Below, in pieces: positions 50,100 through 62,750 of a stretch of DNA of 64,000 nt. The position numbers and the translations under genes are program-made. The notes beneath the pieces were generated by a model. It worked only from the letters and a program-made list of their open reading frames with translations. It was not told the DNA's origin and made no database searches. Each line of letters begins with the position of its first letter. The first letter of the stretch is position 1. Source of the DNA: Raillietiella orientalis (lineage: Eukaryota); contig JAYWIR010000001.1 in assembly GCA_036172245.1 (NCBI GenBank), positions 6,758,001-6,822,000 of the forward strand, in the 5' to 3' direction.

Positions 50100-53000
50100 C
50101 TGTGAGTGCCTCTGCGGTTTCCTCACTCCCTCCTTTCTCCTCCCTTTCCCGCTCCTTGGTTGATCCCCGATGGTTGCTCCCCGTCGGTCTCCTGGCCGCT
50201 GACTCCTTGCACGTCTCAAGGCGCCCTGAAGGGTGTCTTGGATCGCGGCGCAGAGCTCCGTCGCCGGGTGTCAGCTGCCGTGGCGGCCGATTGGATGGAG
50301 CGGCGTTGATTCTTCCCGGTTCCCGGAAGGGCAGCCTCGCATCCCTCGACGGCAGCAGCGGCACCACCTCCTCATTGATTCTCTGCGTCTCTTTCGCGCG
50401 GGGAGCCTTCGCGGAGATGGCACGGTGGCCAGCATCAGCAACATCATGGTGGATACAGGAAGGGGAAGAAGGAATCTCCCCTTTTCTACTTACTCCGTCG
50501 TTAGGACACTATGCAGCCCCTACGCGCGCACGTGCTTCGAGGCACCTCCTCGCACGCTCTGTAGCCTTCAGTGCAGAGTCACATCCTCTCCAAAGATGTG
50601 CCCCGCTCCTTCCCAGCGAGCAAGATTTCAGAATTCCGCGCACAGATCCCTTGAGGAAGAGCCCTGGGGCCTTCGCCTCTTCTAGCGGGTGCCCCCGGGG
50701 CAGAATCTCTGCACGAGGAACTCTGCAGGATGAGTGGCGTGTGGGGGTGGTGCGTTGTAGTCAGACGAGGGGGAGAAGGAGGGAGAGGAGAGGGAGTGGT
50801 GGGGAAGAAAGATGATGGATGAAGGAGACTCGCAAAGAGTCACGCGACGCGGTGAGCGTTTCCCCGGAGTCATTCTTCCTCCCTGCTCCCTCCCTCGCGA
50901 CGGAGGGACTGAGAGCTACGGAGATCGGTCGAACGTCGCGCGGGAAGATGGCGGTGCGTGAGCTCCTACTGACAGAGCCGGGAGCGGTTCGTCCTCCTCA
51001 GAACCTACTCCGGAGCCGGCAGGCGTTTCGCAAAGGCGGCAGAGAGGAGCGGGGACGCGAGCGCCCGAAAGGGTTTGTCGGGGGCAGGAGCAGGCGTGGA
51101 GGGCAAGGGATGCTCTCTCGCGCTCCCGCTGCTCCCTCGGAGGACCGTGCGCTCGCGAAACGCCCTCGGCTCAAGCGGGTAAGGAACCCCAGCCGAAGGC
51201 GTTCCTCCGACGAGCGGATAAAGCTGAGGGCGCGCCAGGCGCTGGCAGCTCGGAGGGTCCGCAGAAGTCACGTGAGTAGGAAGAAGGGAAAAGGTCCTCC
51301 TCTTTGGGAAAGCAAAAGATTTGAGAAGGGAAAGCCGCACATCAGGGTGAATGGCGAGACACTGGTCGAATAGGAGGAGGGAACCGCGAAGAATCCAGGG
51401 AAATCTACGAGTACCTTGGCGATGCCGACCCATTGGTAGGTTCCACTGGACCCTCAAGGGCTCCAGGGTACTGCGTTTGTATCGGCTCTGGGCGCCATCG
51501 CCGGGCGCGGCAGCAGCCGCGGCGAACGATTGGAACGGAGCGGCGCCGATTCTTTCCGGTTTCCGGAAGGTCTCCGCTGCTGCCGTCGAAGCATGCGAGG
51601 GTTCCTCATCAGTTCTCTGCTTCTCCTTGGCGCGGAGTGCCTTCGCGAAGATGGCACGGTGACCAGCATCAGCATTATCGTGGTGGATACAGGAAGGAGA
51701 AGTTGGAATCTTCTCTTCTCGATTTGCTCCATCGCCAGTAGAAAAGAAAAAGGGAGGAGGGGTCCTCGTAGGGATGAAAGATCTCAAAGAGAACTTAGCG
51801 ACCTCTGGCCGATATACGCAGAAGGACCTGGGAAAGAACTCTCCGCAGTTCCTACGCCCACGTGTTCTTGGGGACGCCTCCTTCGTCTCCTCCAATCCTC
51901 GCCTTCCCCAACTGAGAGCGCTTCCGGAAACCGCGGTGCCTCAGCTATTGAAAGCGGCTGTCAGACGGCGCGGGTCGGAGGTCGACTGCCGTCTGGGCGA
52001 CGGAAAGCCTGACCGGAGCATGGCGAGGCGGAGACCGTTCGCGATGCATCACCGGCGGTCAAGTCACACATTTTCTGAGAAGACCACCCGAGGACCCCTC
52101 CTCGCACGCTCTGTGGGCCTGAGAAGCACCTACATTTCGTAATCCCCGCACAGGACCATTTTTTCGCTTGCCTCAGATCCCGGACGTCGGCACTCCCTTT
52201 CCATGGTTCCCGCACGGTCGACCTCGGGGATGGCTGGACGTGCAGGATGCAAGAGTTGGCCGCGAGCGGAAGGCTCGTGGCCAATCCTGGGTGCTTCCTC
52301 CTTTTCCCGCTCCTCTGCCGCGTGGAACCATTCGTACATGGTTTCGTCCACGAGGGTCCGCCCGCGACCGTCGCAGCCACTGTCGAATCGGGAATCAGGA
52401 GACTCCCTTGAACTGAATCTTCTGGATGTGAGCTTCTGGACCAGTCACGCTGGGACACCGGCGAACAACAATGCTTAGTACACCGCTGCCAGATGCGCCG
52501 TAAGTTTCGAGTTTTCCCCACGAGATGGCGCTGGTTGGCGTGTGCGGCACCGGTGGAAGCCGGAAACCGGATGCCTTCGTTGAGTGCCCGGGACTGGACG
52601 CTGTCTCCCCAGGGATCCTTCCAGGAAACAAAAAAACGAGCCCTTAGGGGTTCCGCTACGGTTGTGAAAATCGGACCGCACCATGGAGCTGGTTGATTCC
52701 CCCTCTGGGGCTGCGGCTCCAGAGTGTAAGAAGCGCGCTGCTCCCTTCGGTGAGCAGCCCTTCCGAGAAATTGGGAAACAAAGTCTTTTCGGAGTTTCTC
52801 TTCAGAGGAGGAAACAAAGAGCAGGTCCTTTCCGGGTGGGTTCCTGTGGGAAGAAATTCCAGGAGCGGATCCTTTCCGGGTTCCCTCTGGAGGAGAAAAG
52901 AAGAGTGCATCCCCCTCCGGAGTGTCCCTCAGGAGAGAATAAGGAAGAGGTTCCCTTCGGGGTTTCCCTCCCAAGCGTGAGAAGAACAGAATCCTTTCTC

Positions 53001-54500
53001 TTGATTCCTTCCTGGAGTAACCCCTAACTGGGAGAGTCAACACGCACCCCCGGGTGAGTAGACAGTGTTGAAGAGCTTCGTGAGCCTCCAGGCGAACGGT
53101 TCTTCGACACTCAGCGAACCAAAAAGAAGAAAACTTGAAAAAAGAAAAAAAAGGATCTGAAAGGGAGGCAACGAAAACAGAAGAACCCAAAAAGGATTTC
53201 CATCACCCCGCTTACCCCAGTGCTGCCCTTTCTAAGGGACTCAAGAGACAGTAATTCTGACAAGGCGGGAAGTGACTTGCTGCATAGCAGCAAAAACAAA
53301 ACTTCTGACGGCGTGGAGAACTCGGGAAGTGACGGATGCTGCGACCCCGAGTGTCCCACCCCAAGGACTTGTACTCTGGGGAGAGCTGCTCGGCATCCCT
53401 CCGGAGAAGGCGAAGTGGTCCTCTGTGTGTTGGAACAGTGCAACCCTCCTCCCCCAGTGGCAGGAGTCAGCGTTGCTGGTGTTGCATGAGGGATCCCATG
53501 CAAAGCACGCCTTCACCACTGGACCTGGGGGAGTACAGATGCTCAGCGCGACAGGTACGGGAAGAATGAAACCCTTCCGCGCCTGCTGTTGGGCTGTGCT
53601 GCTTTCCGATCCCTTCGGGATCGCTTTGCAACGATCTTAGGAGCCCCGGCGGACGCCCCCAGGGGCATTTTGGGGCGCCTCTTCGCGAGCATTGCCGCAC
53701 TGCCGCCAGCCGCATCCCTCGCAGTTTCCCTCTCCCGTCTCCTAGGGATTGCGGTGGCCTGAAACGCGGGAAAAAGAGGTCAGAATGGCAGGGACGCCAT
53801 CCACTGGGTGAATCTTCTTGAGAACCGCCTCGAGATGGCTCCACCTGAGCACAATCCGGAAAAAACTTGCCAGCATCCTGAGCAGGATGCAGGCAACGCC
53901 TGGCAGCGTACCGTGATCCCTTCCTCGGTTCACACACCCTCTCCCCCTCGTATAAATCCCCCTCCTCCACTTTGCTTGTTGATTTCTTTGTGTTTTGTTT
54001 GTTTTTCCTTCCCCCAGGCTGCAAAAGCTGCCATGCTGCTGGACCTCGCCGTTCTGCGCACCGCTTTTCGGCAGGTTCATTGCGCGTGGTAGAACCAACA
54101 GTCCGACCACAAAAATGTTTTTATTACCAACGTAATAAATGCCCCAGCATAACCGGGTGAGAATCATCACTTCGCAGGATCGACGCCCCATTTTGTCTAG
54201 TCTTTTGCTTTTGGGGTCAAAGAACACACCCGGAGTCACCGGGCGGCGGTGGCTCCAGCAGTCGTCGAGTGGGAACAGTCCAGTGCAAGAAGAACGCCTC
54301 CAAGCGCGGTCGCTCGAGGGGTGAAAGGTACCGGGGCTCCAAGACCATTCCCAAGACTGCTGAGGAACTATCCCTGCAGCCTCTCACCTGTTTGTCCTCC
54401 TTGATCCTCCTCGACGCGAAGTCCTCAGTCCGTTCGGAGAATAAGGAGCTTCCTCATTCAGCTGCTGGTGTGCCCCCACCCGACCAACGCTCCGTGCTTT
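50100..54500 (+). mobile_element. decayed L1/Tx1-like array: EN-linker, then EN-RT-thumb-zf-UTR, then EN start
   Basis: HWTLKG, VDTGR, VLGDA and AQDH (APE); WSWLIPPLGLRL and EFLFRGG (thumb); QRDRYGKNETLPRLLLGC (mutated CxxC..ETxxHLLxxC) at 53535-53600. Confidence 0.65.
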
Positions 54501-54599
54501 CCTTCTCCATCGACTTTTCCTGTGAAGCGGCGAGAGCCTGAGCACCACATCCACCCGTCCTCTCTCATTTCCTTGCAACTTCTCAAACTCAAGGAGGTG

Positions 54600-57500
54600 C
54601 ATTTCCCTTCCGGGAAAGAAAGAAAGGAAGGAAAGATGCTCCAGCCAATGCGCGAATAGTCAGAGGCATCCGGATGGGTTGCGTCGTGATCATCGCTATG
54701 CATCTCAAAGTCCCACGCATCGCTGAGGAAAGAGGGGCAGGAGTTCGTGTCTTCACGGAAAATAAAAGCTAGCGTCGTCCCCTTCCCCCTCGTTCCGTCC
54801 CTTTCTCCGGAGTTTGAAAGCGCTGGGAGGTGGAAAATGAGGTCCTTGACCAGCTCGACAGGTCGAAGGCCTCCCACGAAACTCGGGAGCCAAAACTTCC
54901 TGGCTCTGCGGGGCAGAACTTCGCCGACCAAGCGAACGCATCGGCCTTCTTCTGACCGGTGTCCATGCCGTGCTCCTGGAGACGTGCACGCTGCTTGGCT
55001 TCCTCCGGGAGCGGGACTGAGTGCAGCCCACGTCCTACGGAATGTCGGGAGCATGCCCGGTCGTTCCTCACACTCCCTTTCTTGCTCTTTCTGCCCCGCT
55101 CTCTTGAGAACTCCAAAGTCCCCAGCACGCTGTCCTTCGCCGAGTCCTATGATACTGAAGGTCCCGCGACTCAGCCAGGAACCCCGCGAAAGCCGAGTGG
55201 ATTGTCATCCGAGCGCGCCGGGACGTTTATTTCACATAGCAAAATACACAATTGCAGTCTCTGTGGTTGTACCAGTGATCCAACCACGGGCAATTCAACG
55301 GGAGCTTGTCGGGTTACCAGTACGCGTATCGGTGAAATCCGTCACAGCAGCAGAAGGGAGAGATGCAAACAAAAAGGGGGAAAACAAAAAAAACAAAAAA
55401 AAAATGAACAAATTTGCGGGTGCGGGAAGGGATCACGTTCTGCATCCTTTGGAGGATGCCGACAAGCTCTTGCTGCATACAGTGCTTCAGTGGGACCATC
55501 TCGTTGCTATCCCCAGGAAGCGCACGGAGCAGTGGATGTGGCATCCCTGTAGCTCAGTCCTCCTCCTGAGTCGCTCCAGGCAGCTACAGTTTCGCGTAGA
55601 CAGCAGAGAGCTGCTGGCAAGGCTACATGCCGAAGAACGTAGCAAAAGAAGCGGGCTTTCAGAGCATCCCTGGAGTTGCCGCTGGGGGTTCCTAGAGTCA
55701 TGAAGAAGCGTTCCCAGAGGGGCTCAAGGGCCACACGATCCACAAGCAAGTGCAGGAGTTGATTCACGTTCCTAGCATCTACCACAGTTCGGGTCCACAC
55801 ATCCTTCCGTGTCTAGTGATGCCGGTGGGCGTTGCACGGGAGGCCGGAAGCCGAGTGCAGGGAACCGAGCTTTAGAGTTAGCTCTCTCTTGCTCCTGCCT
55901 CCCGCCTTCCGGTGCCGCAGAGTGCTGTCCGTGCGGGCACACAGCGTCTGGGGTGGTGATCCCACCTGGTAGCACCAAACTCGGTCTGTTTATCGGGAAT
56001 CTGTTCCATCTGCGTGAAAGCCATCAGCCCCCACGGTTTGAAGGCGACACTCTTAATCCGTTCCATGGGTCCCTCGCAACTCTGTGACCATCCTTCGATG
56101 GCTGAGGGTGTGGTAGTCTGGGATGTGAGGTGGAAAGCCATGTCGGCAGCTTTCGAGCACTCATCCGCCTTCATCCGTGATGGGACGCCGCTCGCGCATG
56201 CAAGAAGTCGAGCCCAGTCGCATCCATAAGCGCATGATCCACGAACCCAAGGTATTCTCCGTGTACTGCAAACATACGGTTCCGAGGCACGATGCTGGTC
56301 ATGGTCTTCTCCTTATCTGGATGCTTTCGGAGCACGGATCTCCTCCGTGCTTCCTTGTACGGCATCGTGCGCAGGCACAGGTGATCTCCTTCCTCATGCG
56401 GGTCTCAGTATCGGCTGTCTGAGGAGATCCACCCACAGGCTGTTCAACTTCACTTTTTTTTTCTCGTTTTAGAGAGGACCTGGGTGTCAGATTTTTTTTT
56501 CCCAAGACACATATCTTTCACGATCCATTACTTCCTTCCTAAGATATTTTTGCCGTTCTATCCGCTCCGATAAACGGCTGAGAAGCTTCGGCTGACATTC
56601 TTCTGTCGTCTAGCAGCAGCTCCTCGTTGACTTTCTTTGATGATGTGAATTTACCGTCGAAGATCATTTCGGCATTGACCTTCAGCTTGCTCCGTTTCTT
56701 CGACTTTCTTTCCGAAATCGTCTCTCCCGCCTCCGGTGGTCTCTGGACCTCCCCTGTGCCTGCGCCGCAGCCTCTTCCTTTTCAGGACAGTTCCCGGCAC
56801 CAGGCTTTCGAAAGCTGGCCGTCATCACCGCCGGTACAGCTGCTGCCGTCACCTGTGGTCCCCTCCTCAGTTTGACTTGACTTCTCTGCCGTTTCCTTCC
56901 CGGATGCTGCCACCTCCCTGCTTTCATCCTTTCCGCGGCGTTGCGCAGCTCTCATTAAGCCGCCCACAAAAGGGAACCTCACATTCCTTCCTCCTTCGCT
57001 TGGTGTTGTGTTTGTCACATCCTCCATTGGAATTTTCTACTTCCATTCCATTCCCGTTCGCTTCCCCGTTCCGCCTCATCCATCCTCCTCCTCCCTCTGC
57101 TTCTTTGATCTTAGCCAAAAAGCGGAGAAGCGAACGAAGTTCTGCTTTTTCTTCCGGATTCGACGCCACCGAAAGGGTTGCATCGTGAAGTGCTCCATGT
57201 CTCCTCGATCTCGATTTGCCTCGGTTCCTCTGTGAAGGTGTCCTCCTCTGTGCCTCATTGGGTCGGAAGGCGCAGCATGGAACTCTAGGAATCGCAGGAA
57301 TCCCATGCTTCCGTTCCCCTCTCTCCTGTGCCCACGCTGGCGGCCGCGTGTCTGCAGTCTCTGCGCGTGGTGTTGCCAAGCGTTGCGGGTTCGAATCTCT
57401 CCCGGAGGGAAGGATCAACGCCGAGAACAACGCCGGGGATGTGTCGTGGGTTCCGAGTTCCCCCGTAAGATGACACTGATTGGCCTCTATTCGGGTGCGT

Positions 57501-57700
57501 CAGTAGACGAAATTGACAGGCCAAGGAGGCGAAACTCCTGAATTTCGCTGGAGTACGCTTCCCGAAGGAAGCAGCGTGCTCCTTCACACTCTAGAGAGGT
57601 GCCAATTCTCCCCAGCTCCATGTGGATTGGTAAATCCACGTGGTCTGGAGGAAAAAATTCACAAGGAGGGGGGGGAGGGGAAGGAAGGAAAGTGCCCATT
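54600..57700 (-). mobile_element. decayed L1/Tx1-like array: linker, zf, UTR, EN
   Basis: PNCGRC*ERES..LLHLLVD..LWERF at 55710-55800; DFGVLQES (frameshifted), SEEGR, LSDAW..THP..SRIG (APE). Confidence 0.65.
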
Positions 57701-58799
57701 CGCAGGTCGACTTTACAGAAGGTCGGGAAGGGTGTGGGGGGTCAACAAATAAATAATTAAAAGGGGAGAGGGGCAAGGGTCACAGCGGTCACACCCACCG
57801 CACCTTCAGGAACCTGCGTGCGAAGCATGCAGCGGCCTTCCTCCCCCTGGCATCCTTCAAAGGTCATTTTGCCACGTTTCTCACAACCGCGCGAAACCGT
57901 AGCAAAATCGCCTCGAAGGAGCGTTGGTTTTTCTTCCTCGCTGGCGTGTTCCGGGAGGCCGCGATCCTCCTGGCGCGACGCAGGGCTGGGACGAAAGTCT
58001 GTCCCACACGAAGCTGCACCTCAGCAGCTCTTCCCGAGTGCCCTCGGATCGAGGTAGGGAAGCCGCTAACCGTTCGCACTCGCTCCGGAGGTCACTGTAT
58101 CCTGGCAGCAGGCACGCGGAGGTTTCCACCTCCCAGTATGCGAGATGCAGCTCTCAGGGGTTCCGTCCCCCCCCCCCCGTCCAGGGATTCCGCCTCTGGT
58201 CGCGAGGGCACTCCTCCCCAGCGCAGGAGCAGCGCAGCAGGAACCTCCCAGCGCTGCAATTTGACGGGGGAGCACGGAGCTTTCCAAATAGATGGAAGCG
58301 ACCTCGAATCCCCGGCAGCCGTATATCCAGGCACTCCGCCCGGCGGAGAAGCCCTTCTTCATCCCAGGAGCAGAGTCAGCCAGCCTGGCCTGCATCGCCA
58401 GACCTGTCGTTCCACCCTGACCTTGTATTTGACCACCTGCGTGCATCCAAGCGTCTGGAGCGGCTGTCCCCCGATATCCTCCACACCCCGGCGGATGAGT
58501 TCCAGATCGATCCTGGAACTTTGCGTGAAAGAAGAGATCTCACCCTGCCTTTTCTGCCCACCCTCGAACACAGGTGGGTCGTCGAGGTGGACCGGGAGCA
58601 TTCTTTGATTTCATTCATCGCGCATTCCGGGCTCGTCGGTAGGACAAGTTGCTCGCGACCCACCGACGCGCGCAACTCGTCCACCTGCCCTCAACGACCT
58701 TTCCAACGGGTGTCATCACATAGTAGGAGGAGGCTGCACCTTTCGGCCATCAGACTGAGCCAGGCTGAAACCCGCTCTGACTAGCCATTGGCTCCCGAG

Positions 58800-61700
58800 A
58801 GCGCCGAAGAACAGAGTTCCCATGTGCAGGGTCGCGGACGCGCGGAGCGCGGATGCTTGCCGCGGCGAGGTCAGTGGCGTCGGGTCACTTCAGCACAAGC
58901 TCGGGACCACTCGACCGGTGTCGTCGGGATGGGCGCTGCGCATGGCATCCGCGAGCTGCGCTCATGCGCGAGGAACTGCGACGCTCTGTGAAGGATGGCA
59001 GGCTCGCGCTCGCTCAGGGATGGACTCGGCAGACAAGCGGGGTCATGAGCTGCTGCTGCTGCCGTTTGAAGGACTATTAGCAGAGAGGGACATGAGGGAC
59101 GCCCCTACCCATGAGAACCAGTTCTGTCGGGGCCAGTTTGGAATATGCAAGCATCACATGGGAGGGACAGTGACACCGGTGGATGAGCTGCATCCGCTGC
59201 TGCTGTACCTCTTTAAGAGCCCGGTGAGCGCTGCGCCATGCGCCCGGAGGAGAGAAACTACCCTGACGTCATCCTACTGGAGGGGATGCTGAAGAATCTG
59301 AAGTTGGCGCTGTCGTACCTTCAACCGAAGACCATCCGCTGCTCGTCCGCTTGCAACCACTCTGACTCCACCTGCTGCTTCAACACCCCGCCCGTGGCTG
59401 CGAGCCAGGAGTTCCGCTACTGCATGAGCAAGCTGATCTGCGTTCGAGAGGTCTTTCGGGAGCTCGAAATCGTCCAGGGAGGGGGAACATCGTCTGGTCC
59501 CCGTCTTCCGAGTGCCTGGACAACACGAAGCTCATTAGGGACTTCTTTTTCTGAGCTCAATAAAAAAAAAAAAGGAACCACCACGCCGGCTCAGCTCACC
59601 CTGAAGGCGCGCCTTGGTTTCCGTCGCCTTCGCAAAAAAATCATCTTCTGGACCGGAACCATCGAGCACGAGGAATTTCGACTCCTAGCTGCGACATATG
59701 CGGGGAAGTTGAATCACGCCCGTACTTGTCAAAGGATTGTGCTGTCTTCTGACAACGTTTGACCACGGCCTTTCAACTCCGAAGTCTCCGAGATTCCTTA
59801 AGACTCTTCATGAGGGGTGAAGTATGCCTCGGCGGTTGCAACACTCTGCTGCCCCCCCCTCCGCATGGTCGCGCTGTACGAAGAGCGCCTCTGAAAGAGG
59901 CCAGAGTGGACAGGGTTGCCATCCTCATCGTAAATTTCTTCCTGAGAACGGAAACGAGATGGGCCTACTCCTCATCTGTCAAGGAAGATGTTGACAGCAT
60001 CCTGCATCGCGTGCGGAGGACCTCTTCCCCTCTCCCTCTCATAACTGGTCGTGTTTTGTGTGTTTGTTTATTCTTCTTTCATCTCCGCCGTCTTCGGAGA
60101 TGAACTCACCGGCTGACTGGCTACTCGGATAGGAAGGCAAAAAGATAATGAAAGCCCCCTGAGCACCCTTCCCTCCCTGTTGCTGGAGACAACATCCTGA
60201 CGACCCCGGCCGGCAGCCTTGCTAGCAGCTCTTTCATCTCTGCCTACGCAGGACTGTAGCTGCCTGGAGCGACGCAAGAGGAGGACCGAGCGACAGGGAT
60301 GCCATCCACTTCGCCGTCCGCTTCTTGAGGATGGCAACAAGATGGCCCCGCCTGGAGAACATGCAGCAGGAGCTTGTTGACATCCTTTAAAGGTTGCAGA
60401 GGACCGCCCCTAGCAGGGCGTGATCCCTTCCCGCACCCTCCCAAGTTTATTTATTTTTATGTTTGTTTCTTTTTTTTTTCCTTTTGCTATGCTCCCTTCC
60501 CTCTACTGCTGTGGCGGACCTCACCAGTCTGCGTGCCGGTAACCGGGCAGGCTCCTGTTGAAATGGACGTAGTTGGACTACCAGTTCCAACCACAATCTT
60601 TGCGAATGTTTATTTTTACATGGAATAAACATTCGCAAAGATTGTAGGAATGCCCCGGCTCACCCGGGTGACAATCCACATCCTCCATTACTGGAGATCT
60701 CTTCGGAGCACCCCGAATCAGAAGGATTGGCATTAAGGTGTTTAGGTTGCATTAAAGGATTAGGTGTTTTCAGAGGAGAATCTTCGCACCATCTAGGCGC
60801 AGAGACCAAGGAGGAGCATCCAGGAGCAGTCTCCATGGTAACTACGACTAGTCAAGCTCGCCCGGAATCTGAACTTGCCAGCAGGAGGTTCCCAACCGGA
60901 AGGAGCTGCGTAGGCGAGGTTGGATGACCAAAAGAAAGCAAACTGTAGAGGACCGACATTGAGGATCCCACAGTAGTGTTGATGACAGCTGGAGACTCTA
61001 GGTTTCTCCCTCTCGGTCTTGGAGTTTTCCGGTAGCTAGGAGCAGCCTTTTTCTTCAAGCATTCGGTCGCCCCTGAGAGTTTGGATGCCGGCTACAACAT
61101 TCGGCACACACGAAAGGACGGACCAGGGCCTGCCGAAGAACTCTGAATGAGCCGGATTGCCAGTGGAAGATCTCTGCCTCGGGGAAGGAAGGGGAGGGAG
61201 GAAAAGGTGCCAGATGTGAAAATTTTAAAAACATTATGTAGCTTCTCACGTGTGGAGGGAGCAAGGTCTCCGGATGTTCCTGAAAGTCCTCTGCACCTGT
61301 ACAGTTGACCAGTAAACTGAGCATCTCGCTGAGATCCACGAGGTGGATCACCGCCGGTAGTAAGTGACTCCTCCCCGTGTGAAGAGAAGTGACCTTTGAG
61401 CAACTCTTGGAAACCATAGGAAAAGTTAAAGGAAGAGGCTGGGTCATCTTCCTCTTCCCCCCCTCTGCACCCGTCAGTATTCCACTTTTAACATCATCCT
61501 GTGTAACGGGATTTGAACTCCATTCTGTGTGCATTTCATGTACATTTTCATGTACAAAAATGAGGACAGGACTGTCTCCATTGAAGAAAGCAAGACCTGG
61601 AGTCAGCAGAACTTTCGATGCAACTGATGTTTTCCCGCCATCACGGGTCCTCCTCAGCGGTGGAGCCAGAGATCCCGCTGTCTCAGCAGGCTCTCAAGAA

Positions 61701-62750
61701 TCGCAGAATGCGCGCACCTCTTCGGAGTCTTCGCACGTCTTAGCTCGCGCGTTCCGGCTTTCGTGCGAGCTGCTTGCAGGAGCAGTGGCCCCCACGTCCT
61801 GTTGGAGGCATTGGCAGGTTGGCTGCCGGAGGGCACGGCTCTCAGAGATCCGTTTCTACATCCCGTATAGCGTACTCGACCAGGGGTCCACGGACGTCTG
61901 AGAGGCGACCTGGAAAAGAGGTGTTGGAGGGATCCACAAGTTCCCCGCTTTTCCGAGGGGGGGATGGAGATTCGTTAGACACCGGGATCTAGCATCGGAT
62001 GTGTGTCCCAAAAGTCCTCAGGAAGATTCAGACGCTCCATCCGAAAGAACCCTAAATTTTTTTCCCGAGATCTATGTCCCGGTCTCTGCTCCTGGGAAAA
62101 GCCAACTTGGAGGAATGAACTATCTTCCACTCATCCAGAAATGTACGAGGATTCCCGTTACATCGGACTGGATCGGTCCCAGAAGAAACATCACCTGCTC
62201 TTCGTGGGCTACGAACCCACCCACGTCTTCAGCTCCTACCCTCCCGCGATGTGACTGGGTAGCAGGTGGTTCATCGATCTTTCCGTTGGCGTCTGATTAA
62301 AATGAAGCGATGTTCGTGCATCCTGAATCACTACGTTAGGGCGTCGTTCGCTCTACGCCGGGAGACCCAACGCCTTTATCGACAGCATCTAGGAGGCGCG
62401 GAAGAAATGGGAGATGCTGGCCAGCAACCTAAGGACACACAGTGAGGGCGGTCGCCGCTTCATCAAGACCTCATTAAGACCTCATCCTGATACTAAGGAA
62501 CTGACACATGCTGCTCTCTGGAAAGCACACCGGCAGAATTCAGGAAGGCACACGAAACATTTGTCGTGTTTTGCAAGTGGGGCGCCAGGGCTCTCTTCAG
62601 CCGTCTTCACACAGGAATCATACTCTTTCGCTTTCACTCTCAGAAAATCCAGGAGTTCTCGTTCTCATACAATTGAAATCTTGTGGTGAGCAGCGATGCT
62701 CTGCAAGAGCTGGAAAATTCCAAGAACGCAAGCGAACCGGCTCCGCTCAC
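58800..62750 (+). mobile_element. decayed L1/Tx1-like head-to-tail array
   Basis: REELRRSVK (RT N-term); KKIIFW and LRLFMRG..LLPP (thumb); C-term and UTR; EN start 60650; second zf-like near 61210; EN (GSQES, GGIG, RGGD, THP..SR); linker KKWEML. Confidence 0.65.

Noticed and set aside
50330-50470. - strand IHHDVADAGHRAISAK as a gypsy RT N-terminus
   Set aside because: The + strand fits an ordered APE endonuclease series better, and no LTR, integrase or gypsy RT motifs are nearby
51961-53190. 409-aa - strand ORF, and similar long ORFs at 49682-50815, 54747-55703, 32004-32954 and 16758-17645
   Set aside because: Arg/Ser/Pro-rich and not coherent proteins; they are antisense, off-frame or partly in-frame shadows of decayed GC-rich LINE sequence
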